Below are positions 18,321 through 31,030 of a DNA stretch of 64,000 bases, in pieces; position 1 is the first letter of the stretch; each line of letters begins with the position of its first letter. The stretch is from Gemmatimonadota bacterium. Its GTDB lineage: Bacteria > Gemmatimonadota > Gemmatimonadetes > Gemmatimonadales > JACORV01. Location: assembly GCA_041476105.1 (NCBI GenBank), contig JBGOSS010000009.1, forward strand, positions 2,798-66,797, given 5' to 3'. Made by a program: the position numbers and the translations under genes. Under the pieces are notes generated by a model, which saw nothing but the letters and a program-made list of their open reading frames with translations, ran no database searches and had not been told where the DNA came from.

Positions 18321-19859
18321 GTGCACGCCCGCTGGATCACCCTCGCCCTCGTGCTCGCCGGATGCCGCCCCGCGGAGCCCGCGGGCACCGTGTTCTACGC
18401 GTCGGGCGCCGACTTGCAGTCCATCAATCCGCTCCTCACCACGCATCCCCTCGCGAAGCAGGTCCAGCGCTACGTGCTGTTCACGACGCTGGTGCGCTAC
18501 GACAGCGCGCTGGTGCCGCAGCCCTATCTCGCGGCGTCGTGGGAATGGAGCGCGGACCGCCGGGCGCTCACTTTCCGCCTTCGCCCCGACCTGCGCTGGC
18601 AGGACGGGGCCCCCACCACCGCGCGCGACGTCCAGTTCACACTCCAGGCAGCGAAGGACCCGGCGACGGGGTATCCGCGGCAGGCGGAGCTGGCATGCCT
18701 CGAAACGGTGGATGCCACCGCGCCGATACCCGAACCGCGGGTGACACTCACCTTCTGCCGGCCGCAGCAGTCGATTCCCGACGTGCTGACCGACCTCGCG
18801 ATCTTACCGGCACACCTGCTGGAGGCCCTGCCGCGTGGCGAGCTGCGCGCTGCCGCCTTCAACGAGCATCCGGTCGGCAACGGACCCTTCCGGTTCGTCG
18901 AGCATGTGCCCAACCGGCGCTGGGTGTTCGAGGCCAACCCCGGCTTCCCCGCGGCACTGGGCGGGCCGCCGGCCATCAGGCGCTTCGTGCTGGTGGTGGT
19001 GGACGAGGCTACGACCAAGCTTGCCGGTATCGTCGATGGCGAGCTGGACCTCGCCGGGATCAACCCGATGCACGCCGACATCGTGCGGCGGGTGAGCGGC
19101 CGGTCGGTGCTCGAGTATCCGCTGCTCTTCACCTACGGGCTGATCTGGAATACGGCGCGGCCGCCCCTCGACGATCCCCGGCTGCGGCGCGCGTTCACCA
19201 TGGCGCTCGATCGCCGGCAGATGCTCGACGCCTACGTCTACGGCTTCGGCGAGATCGCCGACGGGCCGGTGCCGCCCTCGCATCCCCTCGCCGTGCCGGT
19301 CCCCCACGTGCCCTTCGATCGCGCGGCAGCCCGCGCCTTGCTCGACTCGCTCGGCTGGCGCGTCGGGCCGCGGGGCGTGCGAGAGAATGGGTCGCGGCGG
19401 CTCGCGTTCACCCTGAGCACCGTCGGCTCCTCCGACAACGTCCTGGAGCAGCTGATCCAGGCCGACCTCGGGTCGGTCGGCGTGGAGATGCGGATCCGCC
19501 AGCTCGAGCTCGGTGCGTTCCTGGCGGCGGCGCAGGGCACGCAGCGCGACTACGATGCCCTGGTGACCGGCATCCCGGGCGATCTCGCGCTGGGCTACCT
19601 CGGCGCGCTCTTCGATTCGCGCCGGCGGCGCGAGACGATGCAGTACGCCCAGTACCAGAGCGACGACGTCGACCGCGCCTTGGCCCGCGGCGACCTGGGC
19701 GAGGTCCAGCGCCTCGTTGCCCGCGACCTGCCGATCACCTTCCTCTACCACGCCCGCGGCGTGCAGGGGGCCAATCAGCGGGTGCGCGGCATTCGCATGG
19801 ACCTGCGAGGCGAGCTTGCGACGGTGGGTCGGTGGAGCCTGGGCGGGGGCCGCCCATGA
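18321..19859 (+). CDS. ABC substrate-binding lipoprotein, family 5
   Basis: GTG start; lipobox LAGC; LAASWEWS, FRLRPDLRWQDG, PVGNGPFRF. Confidence 0.88.
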   Translation: MHARWITLALVLAGCRPAEPAGTVFYASGADLQSINPLLTTHPLAKQVQRYVLFTTLVRYDSALVPQPYLAASWEWSADRRALTFRLRPDLRWQDGAPTTARDVQFTLQAAKDPATGYPRQAELACLETVDATAPIPEPRVTLTFCRPQQSIPDVLTDLAILPAHLLEALPRGELRAAAFNEHPVGNGPFRFVEHVPNRRWVFEANPGFPAALGGPPAIRRFVLVVVDEATTKLAGIVDGELDLAGINPMHADIVRRVSGRSVLEYPLLFTYGLIWNTARPPLDDPRLRRAFTMALDRRQMLDAYVYGFGEIADGPVPPSHPLAVPVPHVPFDRAAARALLDSLGWRVGPRGVRENGSRRLAFTLSTVGSSDNVLEQLIQADLGSVGVEMRIRQLELGAFLAAAQGTQRDYDALVTGIPGDLALGYLGALFDSRRRRETMQYAQYQSDDVDRALARGDLGEVQRLVARDLPITFLYHARGVQGANQRVRGIRMDLRGELATVGRWSLGGGRP

Positions 19860-20866
19860 TCCGGGCCCGCGCGCCGATGCGCATCGATCTCGCCGGCGGC
19901 TGGACCGACGTGCCGGCCTATGCGTCGCGCCACGGCGGCGCGGTGGTCAACGTGGCGATCACCCTCTACGCGCACGCCGCGGTGACGCGCGGCGGGCGGG
20001 GCATCACGCTGCGCGCCCTCGACCTCGGCGCCGCGGCGACGGCCCGCCACGTGCAGGACCTGCGCGCCGACGGAGAGCTGGCGCTGGTCAAGGCCGTGGC
20101 GCGGAGCCTCGCGCCCGATGACGGCGGCATCGAGATCGTCACGCGCAGCGACGCACCGGCCGGCTCGGGACTGGGCGGATCGGGCGCGCTGGGGGTGGCC
20201 CTGGTGGCGGCGATGGACCTGCTCAAGGGCGACACCCGGATGCCGATCGAGATCGCCGGTACCGCCTTCACGATCGAGACGCGCGAAGCGGGCATCGTGG
20301 GCGGGAGCCAGGACCAGTACGCGGCGGCGCTGGGGGGATTCCAGTATCTCTCCTTCGGCGAGCCGTCGGTCACCTCGACGCGCCCCGACGTCCCCGCCGC
20401 GTGCCGGCGCGAGCTCGAGCAGGCATTGGTGCTCTGCTACACCGGGGCGTCGCGCTTTTCGGCGGACACCCATCACCGCGTCTGGGACGCCTACGAGCGC
20501 GGCGAGGCCCCCACGCGGCACGCCCTCGACGGGCTGCGCGCTTGCGCGCTGGCGATGCGCACCGCGCTGGAGCAGGGCGCCGTCGGGGACGTGGCCAGGG
20601 TACTCAGCGAGAACTGGCGGCTCCAGCGGGAACTGGTGGAGGGGATGCAGACCGACGCGATGCGACGCATCGAAGCGGCCGCCGCCGCCGCGGGCGCCGA
20701 CGGCGCGAAGGCCTGCGGCGCCGGAGCGGGAGGTTGCCTGGTGCTGCTGGCGAAACCGGGCTGCGAGTTCGACGTCGCCGAGGCGGTGCGCGGAGCCGGC
20801 GGCACCGTGCTGCCCTTCGGGTTCGACATGTTCGGGGTGACGGCGTGGAAAGCGGAAGCTCGGTGA
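19856..20866 (+). CDS. GHMP-family sugar kinase (HddA/fucokinase-like)
   Basis: RAPMRIDLAGGWTD, PAGSGLGGSG, GSQDQYAAALGG, KACGAGAGG. Confidence 0.88.
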   Translation: MIRARAPMRIDLAGGWTDVPAYASRHGGAVVNVAITLYAHAAVTRGGRGITLRALDLGAAATARHVQDLRADGELALVKAVARSLAPDDGGIEIVTRSDAPAGSGLGGSGALGVALVAAMDLLKGDTRMPIEIAGTAFTIETREAGIVGGSQDQYAAALGGFQYLSFGEPSVTSTRPDVPAACRRELEQALVLCYTGASRFSADTHHRVWDAYERGEAPTRHALDGLRACALAMRTALEQGAVGDVARVLSENWRLQRELVEGMQTDAMRRIEAAAAAAGADGAKACGAGAGGCLVLLAKPGCEFDVAEAVRGAGGTVLPFGFDMFGVTAWKAEAR

Positions 20867-23526
20867 CGGTACTCATCGGCTCCGACGACCTGCTCGCGCG
20901 GCGCGCGGCCGCGAAATCGTCCCCCGACCTCGCGGCGCTCGGCGCGCATCTCGAGGCCGACGTCGCGCAGCTGCTCGCGCATCCGCTCCACGTGCCGGAG
21001 TCCAAGGCCCTGCTGTCGCGCTGGGGCGCGCACTGTCGCGACGACGAGGCCGAGCTGGCATTCGATCCTTTTTCGCCCCACGCCCAGCGCTGCACCCGGT
21101 GCGGCCGGGTCTGGTCCACCGAGCAGACGCACCGCTGGTGGGTCTACTGGTATCAGCTCTGGCTCGCCGAGCGCGTGCTGGTCATGGCGCTCCACGCGGG
21201 ACCCGGCGGCAACAGCGCCGCGGAGACGCGCGCCCTCGAGACCCTGGCCCTGCTGACCGAGCGCTATCAGCTCTACCCCAACGCCGACAACGTGCTCGGT
21301 CCCTCGCGGCCCTTCTTCTCCACCTACCTGGAGTCCGTCTGGGTGCTCCAGCTCGCGGCGGCCGCGTCGACGCTCGAGGCGCTGGGACGCCTGCCGGCGG
21401 GACTCGCGACCGACCTGCGCGCCCGGCTCTTCCGGCCGAGCGCGGCGATCATCGCCGACTTTGACGAAGGTGCCTCCAACCGCCAGGTCTGGAATGCGGC
21501 GGCGCTCCTGGCGCTGGGCGGCGTGCTGGGCGACGCGCCGATGCGGGAGCGCGCCGCGCACGGGCCCTCCGGCGTGCTGGCGACGCTGGCGCACGGGCTC
21601 CTCGCCGACGGCCTCTGGTACGAAGGCGAGAACTACCACTGGTTCGCGCTCCGCGGCCTCACCTGGGGCGCGCAACTGCTGCGCCAGGCGGGCGTCGTGG
21701 ACCTGTGGCGGGGCGGGGACGATCACGGCACCCGGTTCCGCGCGGCGTTCCGCGCGCCGGTGCTCACGGCGCTGCCCGACTTCACCTTTCCCGCGCGGCG
21801 CGACAGCAAGTTCGGCGTCTCGCTGCGCCAGCGGCGGATGGCGGAGCTGTGGGAGATCGCGGCCGCGCAATCGCTGGACGGCCAGGGCGCTGCCGGTGCG
21901 GCCTTCTACGCGTCGCTGTTGGGATACCTTTACGACCCCTCAACAGCTGAGGGGAGTGAGTCGCCGGGCTTCATCACCGAGGTCGAGCGCCACGAGACGC
22001 CGGGCGGCGTGCGGCGGACCAGGCTGGGATGGAAGGCCTGGCTGTGGATGATGCCCGCGTTGCCGGAGGCCGACCCGGCGGCGTGGCGCCCCGGCACCGC
22101 GCATCTCGAGGCCACGGGCCTCGCGATCTTCCGGCGCGACGCGGGAAAGAGCTACGTCAGCCTCGACTACGGCGAGCCGGGCGGGGGTCATGGCCATCCC
22201 GACCGGCTGCACGTCTCGGCGGTGCTGCGCGGCGTGCCGTGGCTCGTCGATTTCGGCACCGGATCCTACGTGTCGCCTTCGTTGTCGTGGTACCGCTCGA
22301 CGCTGGCGCATAACGCGCCGCTGGTGGACGGGCACTCCCAGTCCCCCGCGCGGGGCCGCTGCGTCGCCTTCGACGAGCGCGGCGAGTTCGGATGGATCTG
22401 CGCGCTGCTCGCGCCCGACACCGCCTTCGATGGCGCGGCGATCCAGCGGACGCTGGTCGTCACCCCCGGCTACGTCCTCGACGTGGTGCAGCTCCAGAGC
22501 GAGACCCTCGACCGGCAGCTCGCGCTCCCCTGGCACGGCCTCGGGCGTATGCAGGCCGACGAGCAGGGTCTGGTCTTCACACGCGACGACGGCACGCTGC
22601 GGGTGCACCTGTCGGCCCGGCAGCCCTTTCAGGTCCTGGTGCAGCGCGGCCCCGGTCCGCCGGGGCCGTCGGGCGCCGCGGACGATCTCGACTACGCCGT
22701 CGTGATCGGCAGTGGTGAGGCCGTGACGCTCGCGGCGTGTCTCGATCCGGGAGGGCTCGTCACCGACATCGACTGCGTCGACGACGACTTCGTCGTACGG
22801 CTCAAGGACGGCTCGGTCCACATGCACCGCGCGACCGACTACGGCTGGCTGGTGGATCCCGACCGCGGGGACCCGGTCGAGCTCGAGGGTCTGCGCGAAG
22901 TGCCCGAGGAGGCGGCGCCGGCGCTGGAGGAGCAAGGAACCCCGGTGGTGCTCCCCGCCGGCACGCCGATCGCGCTCACCGACGCGGCGCAGTTCCGGCG
23001 CGCCGAAGAGCCCTACGAGGGCGCGGAGCGGTTCTCGGCTCGCGCCGTGCTCTCGGTCCGCGAGGAGGTGCTGCACGTCGAAGTGGACGTGGTGGCGCAG
23101 CACCCCTGGTTTCGCCCGCCCGGCGCGAGCGATCCAGAGTGGGAGAACGAGAACCCCGATACCCACAGCGACGGCCTCCAGGTCTACGTGGACTACGGCG
23201 GCTTCTTCGGATGGCTGATCGTTCCCGATGCCGACAATCAGCATCACCTGCGCGTCTCGGCGGTGCGCGGGACGGACGGCGACCCCGCGATGGTCACCGA
23301 CGGTTGGTGGGAGCCGACGCCACGCGGCTACACGGTGCGCTTCGATCTCGCGTTTCCCGAGCCGTTCACCGGAGACGTAGGATTCGACCTCTACGTGAAT
23401 CGCGCCCGGGAGGACCGGGAGCGGCGCACCGGCCAGCTGGTCTGGTCGGGTGCCCGGGGCGCGCGGCTCTACCTCGCGGGCGATCGCGCCGTGCCGGGCC
23501 CGCTCCAGCGGGTGCGGGTGAAATGA
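20863..23526 (+). CDS. Heparinase II/III-family lyase-like protein with C-terminal CBM9-like domain
   Basis: SNRQVWN, DGLWYEGENYHWF, GHGHPDRL, YRSTLAHNAPLVDG; C-terminal SDGLQVYVD; no obvious signal peptide. Confidence 0.75.
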   Translation: MTVLIGSDDLLARRAAAKSSPDLAALGAHLEADVAQLLAHPLHVPESKALLSRWGAHCRDDEAELAFDPFSPHAQRCTRCGRVWSTEQTHRWWVYWYQLWLAERVLVMALHAGPGGNSAAETRALETLALLTERYQLYPNADNVLGPSRPFFSTYLESVWVLQLAAAASTLEALGRLPAGLATDLRARLFRPSAAIIADFDEGASNRQVWNAAALLALGGVLGDAPMRERAAHGPSGVLATLAHGLLADGLWYEGENYHWFALRGLTWGAQLLRQAGVVDLWRGGDDHGTRFRAAFRAPVLTALPDFTFPARRDSKFGVSLRQRRMAELWEIAAAQSLDGQGAAGAAFYASLLGYLYDPSTAEGSESPGFITEVERHETPGGVRRTRLGWKAWLWMMPALPEADPAAWRPGTAHLEATGLAIFRRDAGKSYVSLDYGEPGGGHGHPDRLHVSAVLRGVPWLVDFGTGSYVSPSLSWYRSTLAHNAPLVDGHSQSPARGRCVAFDERGEFGWICALLAPDTAFDGAAIQRTLVVTPGYVLDVVQLQSETLDRQLALPWHGLGRMQADEQGLVFTRDDGTLRVHLSARQPFQVLVQRGPGPPGPSGAADDLDYAVVIGSGEAVTLAACLDPGGLVTDIDCVDDDFVVRLKDGSVHMHRATDYGWLVDPDRGDPVELEGLREVPEEAAPALEEQGTPVVLPAGTPIALTDAAQFRRAEEPYEGAERFSARAVLSVREEVLHVEVDVVAQHPWFRPPGASDPEWENENPDTHSDGLQVYVDYGGFFGWLIVPDADNQHHLRVSAVRGTDGDPAMVTDGWWEPTPRGYTVRFDLAFPEPFTGDVGFDLYVNRAREDRERRTGQLVWSGARGARLYLAGDRAVPGPLQRVRVK

Positions 23527-23538
23527 GGGCGGCATTCA

Positions 23539-24696
23539 GTGAGTGACCTGATTCGCCGGGCGGCCGATGCTGTCGCGGGCTTCACGTCCACGCGCTCCAA
23601 GGGGCCCGACGCCATGTTCGGTGGCCCGGACGGCCCCTCGCACATGGTGCGCGCCGACGGGTGCCGCGTCGAGACGGCCGACGGACGCACGCTTCTCGAC
23701 TGGACGATGGCGCTGGGCGCCGTCTCGCTCGGCTACGCGCATCCACATGTGAGCGAGGCGGCGTCCCGCGCCGTGCGCGACGGCGCCGTGGGCCCGTTGC
23801 CACCGGCGCTCGAGGTCCGCGTCGCCGAGCGGCTCTGCGAGGTGTATCCGGGCGCCGACCAGGCGCGGTTCTTCAAGAGCGGCGCGGAGGCGGTCCAGGC
23901 GGCGGTGCGCATCGCCCGGACCGCGACCGCGCTGCGGAGCGTGGTGCACTGTGGCTACCACGGCTGGCTCGACGGTCCGACGGCGGGCACCGGCGTGCCC
24001 TCGCCGGTCTCGGACCTCTGGACGGCGGTGCCCTATGGCGACGCCGCGGCGCTCGAGATGGCGGTGCGCGCCGCGCGGCCCGCGGCCATCGTGCTCGAGC
24101 CGTTCATCGAGCGGGAGCCCGGACGCGAGTGGCTGCGCGTGGCCCGCGGGCTCGCCGACGAAACCGGCGCCGTGCTCATCTTCGACGAGATCAAGACCGC
24201 CTTCCGCCTGGCGCGGGGCGGCGCGGCGGAGGCCTGGGGCGTGACGCCCGACCTGGCCTGCCTCGGCAAGGCGATGGCCAACGGGTTTCCGCTCGCGGCG
24301 GTGGTCGGGCGCGCCGACCTGATGGCGCGCTTTCGCGAGACCTGGATCTCGTCCACCCTCGCGACCGAGTTCGTCGCCCTCGCCGCGGCCGACGCGGTGC
24401 TCGACGTCTGGGAAAAGGAAGACGTCGCGGGCCATATCGCGCGCGTCGGGGCGCTGATGTTGAACGGCTTGGCAGCCCTGCCGTCTCACCGCCACGCCGC
24501 CCTGGGCATCCCCGCGATGTTCCTGCTCCGCTTCGCGACGCCGGCCCGGGAGCGCACCTTGCTCCTTGGTTGCGCGGGGCGGGGGGTGTTGCTCAAGCGT
24601 GGCGCGTACAACTTTCCATCGCTGGCCCACGGCGATGAGGAGGTGCGCTTGACGCTGGATGTGGTGCGGGACGTGCTGGCGGAGGTGGGCGCGTGA
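23539..24696 (+). CDS. Class III PLP-dependent aminotransferase (GSA-aminomutase-like)
   Basis: SLGYAHP, FFKSGAEA, GYHGW, LIFDEIKTAFR, GKAMANGFPL. Confidence 0.85.
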   Translation: MSDLIRRAADAVAGFTSTRSKGPDAMFGGPDGPSHMVRADGCRVETADGRTLLDWTMALGAVSLGYAHPHVSEAASRAVRDGAVGPLPPALEVRVAERLCEVYPGADQARFFKSGAEAVQAAVRIARTATALRSVVHCGYHGWLDGPTAGTGVPSPVSDLWTAVPYGDAAALEMAVRAARPAAIVLEPFIEREPGREWLRVARGLADETGAVLIFDEIKTAFRLARGGAAEAWGVTPDLACLGKAMANGFPLAAVVGRADLMARFRETWISSTLATEFVALAAADAVLDVWEKEDVAGHIARVGALMLNGLAALPSHRHAALGIPAMFLLRFATPARERTLLLGCAGRGVLLKRGAYNFPSLAHGDEEVRLTLDVVRDVLAEVGA

Positions 24697-25523
24697 CGCC
24701 GCTCGCGGGCGCCGGGCCGCTGGTGGACGTGCACGTCCATTTCCAGCATGAGGCCTCGGGGCGGAGCGACTGGCGCGAGGCCAACGCGCGTCGTCTCGCC
24801 TATGGCGAGCGCATCGGCATCACGCTGCACATCGCGTCCATCCTGGGCAGCTGGGGTCATACGTCGCCCACCTACGTTCCCTCGCCCGACGACGTGAGCG
24901 AGGGCAACGAGGCGATGCGCGCCATCGCGGTGGAGCATCCCGGGCTGGTGCGTTGCTACACCACGGTCAATCCCAACTTCACCGCCCATGCCCTGAAGGA
25001 GATCGCGGCGGGCGCTGAGCGCGGCGCGCTGGGCATCAAGCTCGCGGCCAGCCGCCGCGCGAGCGACGCGCTGCTCGATCCCATCTGCGAGGAAGCCGCG
25101 CGTCGCGGCGTGCCCATCCTCCAGCACATCTGGCAGCACCGCCGAGGCGAGGTACCAGGCCAGGAGATCTCCGACGCGCTCGACTTGATGGCGCTCGCCG
25201 CCCGGCACCCCACGGTACGGTTCATCCTCGCGCACATCGGTGGCGGCGGCGACTGGGCCCATTCGTTGCGGGCCCTCCCCGACGCGCCGAACATCTGGGT
25301 GGACCTCTCGGGGAGCGGCGTGGATCGGGGTATGCTGGAGCTGGCCGTCGCATCCGTCGGCCCGGGCAGGATCCTCTGGGGGACCGATCTCACGATGGAT
25401 ACCGGGCTCGCCAAGCTGCGCGCGCTGACCTCCATGGGCCTGAGCGAGGACGATCTTGCGTCAATACGATGGAAGAACGCCGCGAAGATCTTCCGTCTCA
25501 CGACCATCAGCCAGCAGCCATGA
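24693..25523 (+). CDS. Amidohydrolase (Amidohydro_2)
   Basis: DVHVH metal motif, ILQH, LAHIGGG, ILWGTD. Confidence 0.85.
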   Translation: MTPLAGAGPLVDVHVHFQHEASGRSDWREANARRLAYGERIGITLHIASILGSWGHTSPTYVPSPDDVSEGNEAMRAIAVEHPGLVRCYTTVNPNFTAHALKEIAAGAERGALGIKLAASRRASDALLDPICEEAARRGVPILQHIWQHRRGEVPGQEISDALDLMALAARHPTVRFILAHIGGGGDWAHSLRALPDAPNIWVDLSGSGVDRGMLELAVASVGPGRILWGTDLTMDTGLAKLRALTSMGLSEDDLASIRWKNAAKIFRLTTISQQP

Positions 25524-26248
25524 GCCACCAGACTCTCACGGACCACAACGCCCTCATTGGCGGCTACCCGTTCCGCGCGCTGCCCGATCCCTCGCCGGCG
25601 CGCCTGGTGGCCGAGATGGACCGCCTCGGCATCGGCGCCGCGTGGACGGGGCATCTGCCCAGCCTCTGGTACCGGGATGCGGCGGCCGGCAACGACGAGC
25701 TGTTCGCCGCGCTCGCGCCGTGGCGGCCCCGCCTCCTTCCGGTGCCGGCCGTGAATCCGGTCTTCCCCGGCTGGGAGCGCGAGATCGAGCGGGCGCACGG
25801 CGAGCGGTGTCCCGCCGTGCGCACCTACCCCTCGCATTTCGGCTTCACCACCGCGGGTGCGGCGATGGGCGAGCTGACCGCGGCGTGCGCCGAGGCCGGC
25901 CTGGTCCTGGTGCTCACGATGCGTCTGGAGGACGGGCGGCAGCGCAGCCGGCTCGACGTGGTGGCGGATCTCATCGGCGCCGACGTGCGCAACACGGTGC
26001 GGTCGCATGACGCCGTCAGGCTCCTCGTTACCAACGCCGATCGGGCGATCGTGGAGGAAGTACACTGGGGCTCGACGCCGGCCGAGTCGTCGCGCATCCG
26101 GTGGGACATCAGCTGGATCTGGGCCGCGCCGGAGGATCATCTCCAGCACCTCTACCGCACCGTGGGCCGCGAGCGCTTTGTTTTCGGCACGCACTTTCCC
26201 CTTCGTCTGCACGAAAACGCGCTCGCGAGGCTGGAGCTCGCCGAATGA
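25520..26248 (+). CDS. Amidohydrolase-fold protein with degenerate metal ligands
   Basis: TIM-barrel pattern (MDRLGI, VNP, FVFGTHFP), but HxH is replaced by DHNALIG. Confidence 0.7.
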   Translation: MSHQTLTDHNALIGGYPFRALPDPSPARLVAEMDRLGIGAAWTGHLPSLWYRDAAAGNDELFAALAPWRPRLLPVPAVNPVFPGWEREIERAHGERCPAVRTYPSHFGFTTAGAAMGELTAACAEAGLVLVLTMRLEDGRQRSRLDVVADLIGADVRNTVRSHDAVRLLVTNADRAIVEEVHWGSTPAESSRIRWDISWIWAAPEDHLQHLYRTVGRERFVFGTHFPLRLHENALARLELAE

Positions 26249-27204
26249 TGCCGCCGGTCCTGCTGGCGGAAATCGGGTTTCCCGGCTGGGACCCGGTCGC
26301 GCTCCACCTGGGCCCGCTCAACATCCGGTGGTACGGCCTCGGCTACCTTGCCGGCTTCCTGATCGCGGGCTGGATCCTCGACAAGGTGGGCCGGGACGGA
26401 TTTGTGGCGCTCACCAAGCACGCCGTCAGCGATCTCATCGGCTGGCTGGTCGTGGGGGTGCTGGTGGGCGGGAGGATAGGCTACGCGCTCTTCTACGAGC
26501 GCGCGCTGCTGGTGCATCCCGGCCAGCTGGTCCAGATCTGGCAGGGCGGCCTCTCGTTCCACGGCGGGCTGCTCGGGGTGATCCTGGCGTCGGCGTATTT
26601 CGCGCGGCGGCGCGGCATCCAGTGGCGCCGGCTCGCCGACGCCCTCTCTCTCTGCATTCCCGCGGGCATCGTCCTGGTGCGCTGCGCGAACTTCGTCAAC
26701 GCCGAGCTCTTCGGCCGCATCGCGCCGGCGTCGCTGCCCTGGGCGATGCGCTTTCCGACCGATCCGGTGGCGCGCGCGCTGTCGCCCGAACTTGCCGGCG
26801 GGGGCTCGCTGCATTGGCACGAAGCATTGGTGCGGCTCAGGGCGAGCGGCGCCTGGGCGCGGCTCGCACCGAACGTCCCGCTGCGTCATCCGTCACAGCT
26901 CTACGAGGCGATCCTCGAGGGCCTCGTCATCGGCGTGGTGCTGTGGGTGGTGTACGTCCGGCGCGGCCCGCGGGGCCCGAAGCCGGGCGCGCTCGCCGCG
27001 CTGTTCCTCGTGCTCTACGCCGTGGCGCGCTTCGCGGTGGAGTTCACCCGGCAGCCCGATGCCCAGCTCGGCCTGGTCCTCGGGCCGCTCAGCATGGGGC
27101 AGCTGCTCAGCATCGGGGTGGTCGCCGGCGCGGTGCTCATCTTCTGGTGGCCGCAGCCCGCGGTGGCCGCACCGGCCGGCGCGACGGCGCCGTCGGGCTT
27201 GTGA
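26245..27204 (+). CDS. lgt: Prolipoprotein diacylglyceryl transferase
   Basis: IRWYGL, GGRIGY, GGLSFHGG, NFVNAELFGR, RHPSQLYE, EFTRQPD, MGQLLS. Confidence 0.95.
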   Translation: MMPPVLLAEIGFPGWDPVALHLGPLNIRWYGLGYLAGFLIAGWILDKVGRDGFVALTKHAVSDLIGWLVVGVLVGGRIGYALFYERALLVHPGQLVQIWQGGLSFHGGLLGVILASAYFARRRGIQWRRLADALSLCIPAGIVLVRCANFVNAELFGRIAPASLPWAMRFPTDPVARALSPELAGGGSLHWHEALVRLRASGAWARLAPNVPLRHPSQLYEAILEGLVIGVVLWVVYVRRGPRGPKPGALAALFLVLYAVARFAVEFTRQPDAQLGLVLGPLSMGQLLSIGVVAGAVLIFWWPQPAVAAPAGATAPSGL

Positions 27205-27285
27205 TTCGTTTCACGAGAGAGTAGAATCTTCGCGGCTTCCCGGGTTCATCGGTTCGCACGCATCAAACTCATCGCCAGGGTCTGG

Positions 27286-27966
27286 ATGAAGCGGAATGGT
27301 GTGGCCATTGCCGGCGGGATCGTGCTGGGTTTCGGTGCGATCCTTGCCGGCGTTTCGCTGGCGAGCGGACAGGGGCCGCAGGCGGCCGGCGATTCGGCGC
27401 GGCCCGCCTCCGACACCACGGGCCCCGTCGCCTGGACCTTCCCGCTCCCGCCGGTGAGCGGCGCGGGGTACGCGGACATCGGCGCGTCGCGTCCCAATGG
27501 TGCCTGGCCCACGCTGCCGGCACGGCTCAAGGGTCCGGTGCAGCCGGTCTTCTACCGCCACGACATCCATGCCGGCCAGTACCGGATTCCCTGCCTCTAC
27601 TGTCACAACAACGCCGCCAACAGCTGGACCGCCAACATTCCCACGGTGCAGACGTGCATCGGCTGCCACCTGGTGATCGCCGCCGCCGACACCGCGGGCG
27701 CGCCTAATCCCGAGATCGCCAAGGTGCGCGCCTACGCCGACAGCGGGCAGTCCATTCCATGGGTGAGGGTCTACAAGATCTCCGAGCACGCGCACTTTCC
27801 GCACATGCGCCACGTGAACGCGGGCCTCGCCTGCCAGACCTGTCACGGCAACGTCCAGCAGCTGCCGCGCGTCTTCGCGGTGCAGGACATCAACAACATG
27901 GGCTGGTGCACCAACTGCCACATGCAACGCGGGGTCACCCGGGATTGTACCGCGTGCCATTTCTAA
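27286..27966 (+). CDS. actA: Alternative complex III pentaheme cytochrome c ActA
   Basis: Five CxxCH motifs (CLYCH, CIGCH, CQTCH, CTNCH, CTACH); QPV..H..HAG; FPHMRH; MGWC. Confidence 0.9.
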   Translation: MKRNGVAIAGGIVLGFGAILAGVSLASGQGPQAAGDSARPASDTTGPVAWTFPLPPVSGAGYADIGASRPNGAWPTLPARLKGPVQPVFYRHDIHAGQYRIPCLYCHNNAANSWTANIPTVQTCIGCHLVIAAADTAGAPNPEIAKVRAYADSGQSIPWVRVYKISEHAHFPHMRHVNAGLACQTCHGNVQQLPRVFAVQDINNMGWCTNCHMQRGVTRDCTACHF

Positions 27967-27971
27967 CTACT

Positions 27972-28066
27972 GAGGTGACAAAGGTGACAAAGGTGACAGA
28001 GGTAACAAGGGGGATGCGAATTCTCCCTGGCGTCCCCTTTGTCACTTTTGTTACCTCTGTTACCTC
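27972..28066. repeat. Inverted arrays of 9-bp tandem repeats forming a long hairpin between actA and actB
   Basis: 4x RAGGTRACA (27972-28007) + AGGGGGATGC ... GCGTCCCCTT + 3x TGTYACYTY (28040-28066). Confidence 0.85.
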
Positions 28067-28075
28067 GGGTCTTTC

Positions 28076-31026
<2,951 letters not shown>

Positions 31027-31030
<4 letters not shown>

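Noticed and set aside
16432..23526. Apparent long N-terminal extensions or fusions (547, 772, 858 and 1041-aa ORFs)
   Set aside because: Extensions are Arg/Pro/Ala-rich off-frame readings of neighbours; true starts lie at stop/start overlaps.
23539..24696. hemL
   Set aside because: Shorter and diverged, no tetrapyrrole genes nearby; left as a generic class III aminotransferase.
27972..28066. Possible CRISPR array (also 62221-62264)
   Set aside because: Units are 7-9 bp, tandem, without spacers; no cas genes.
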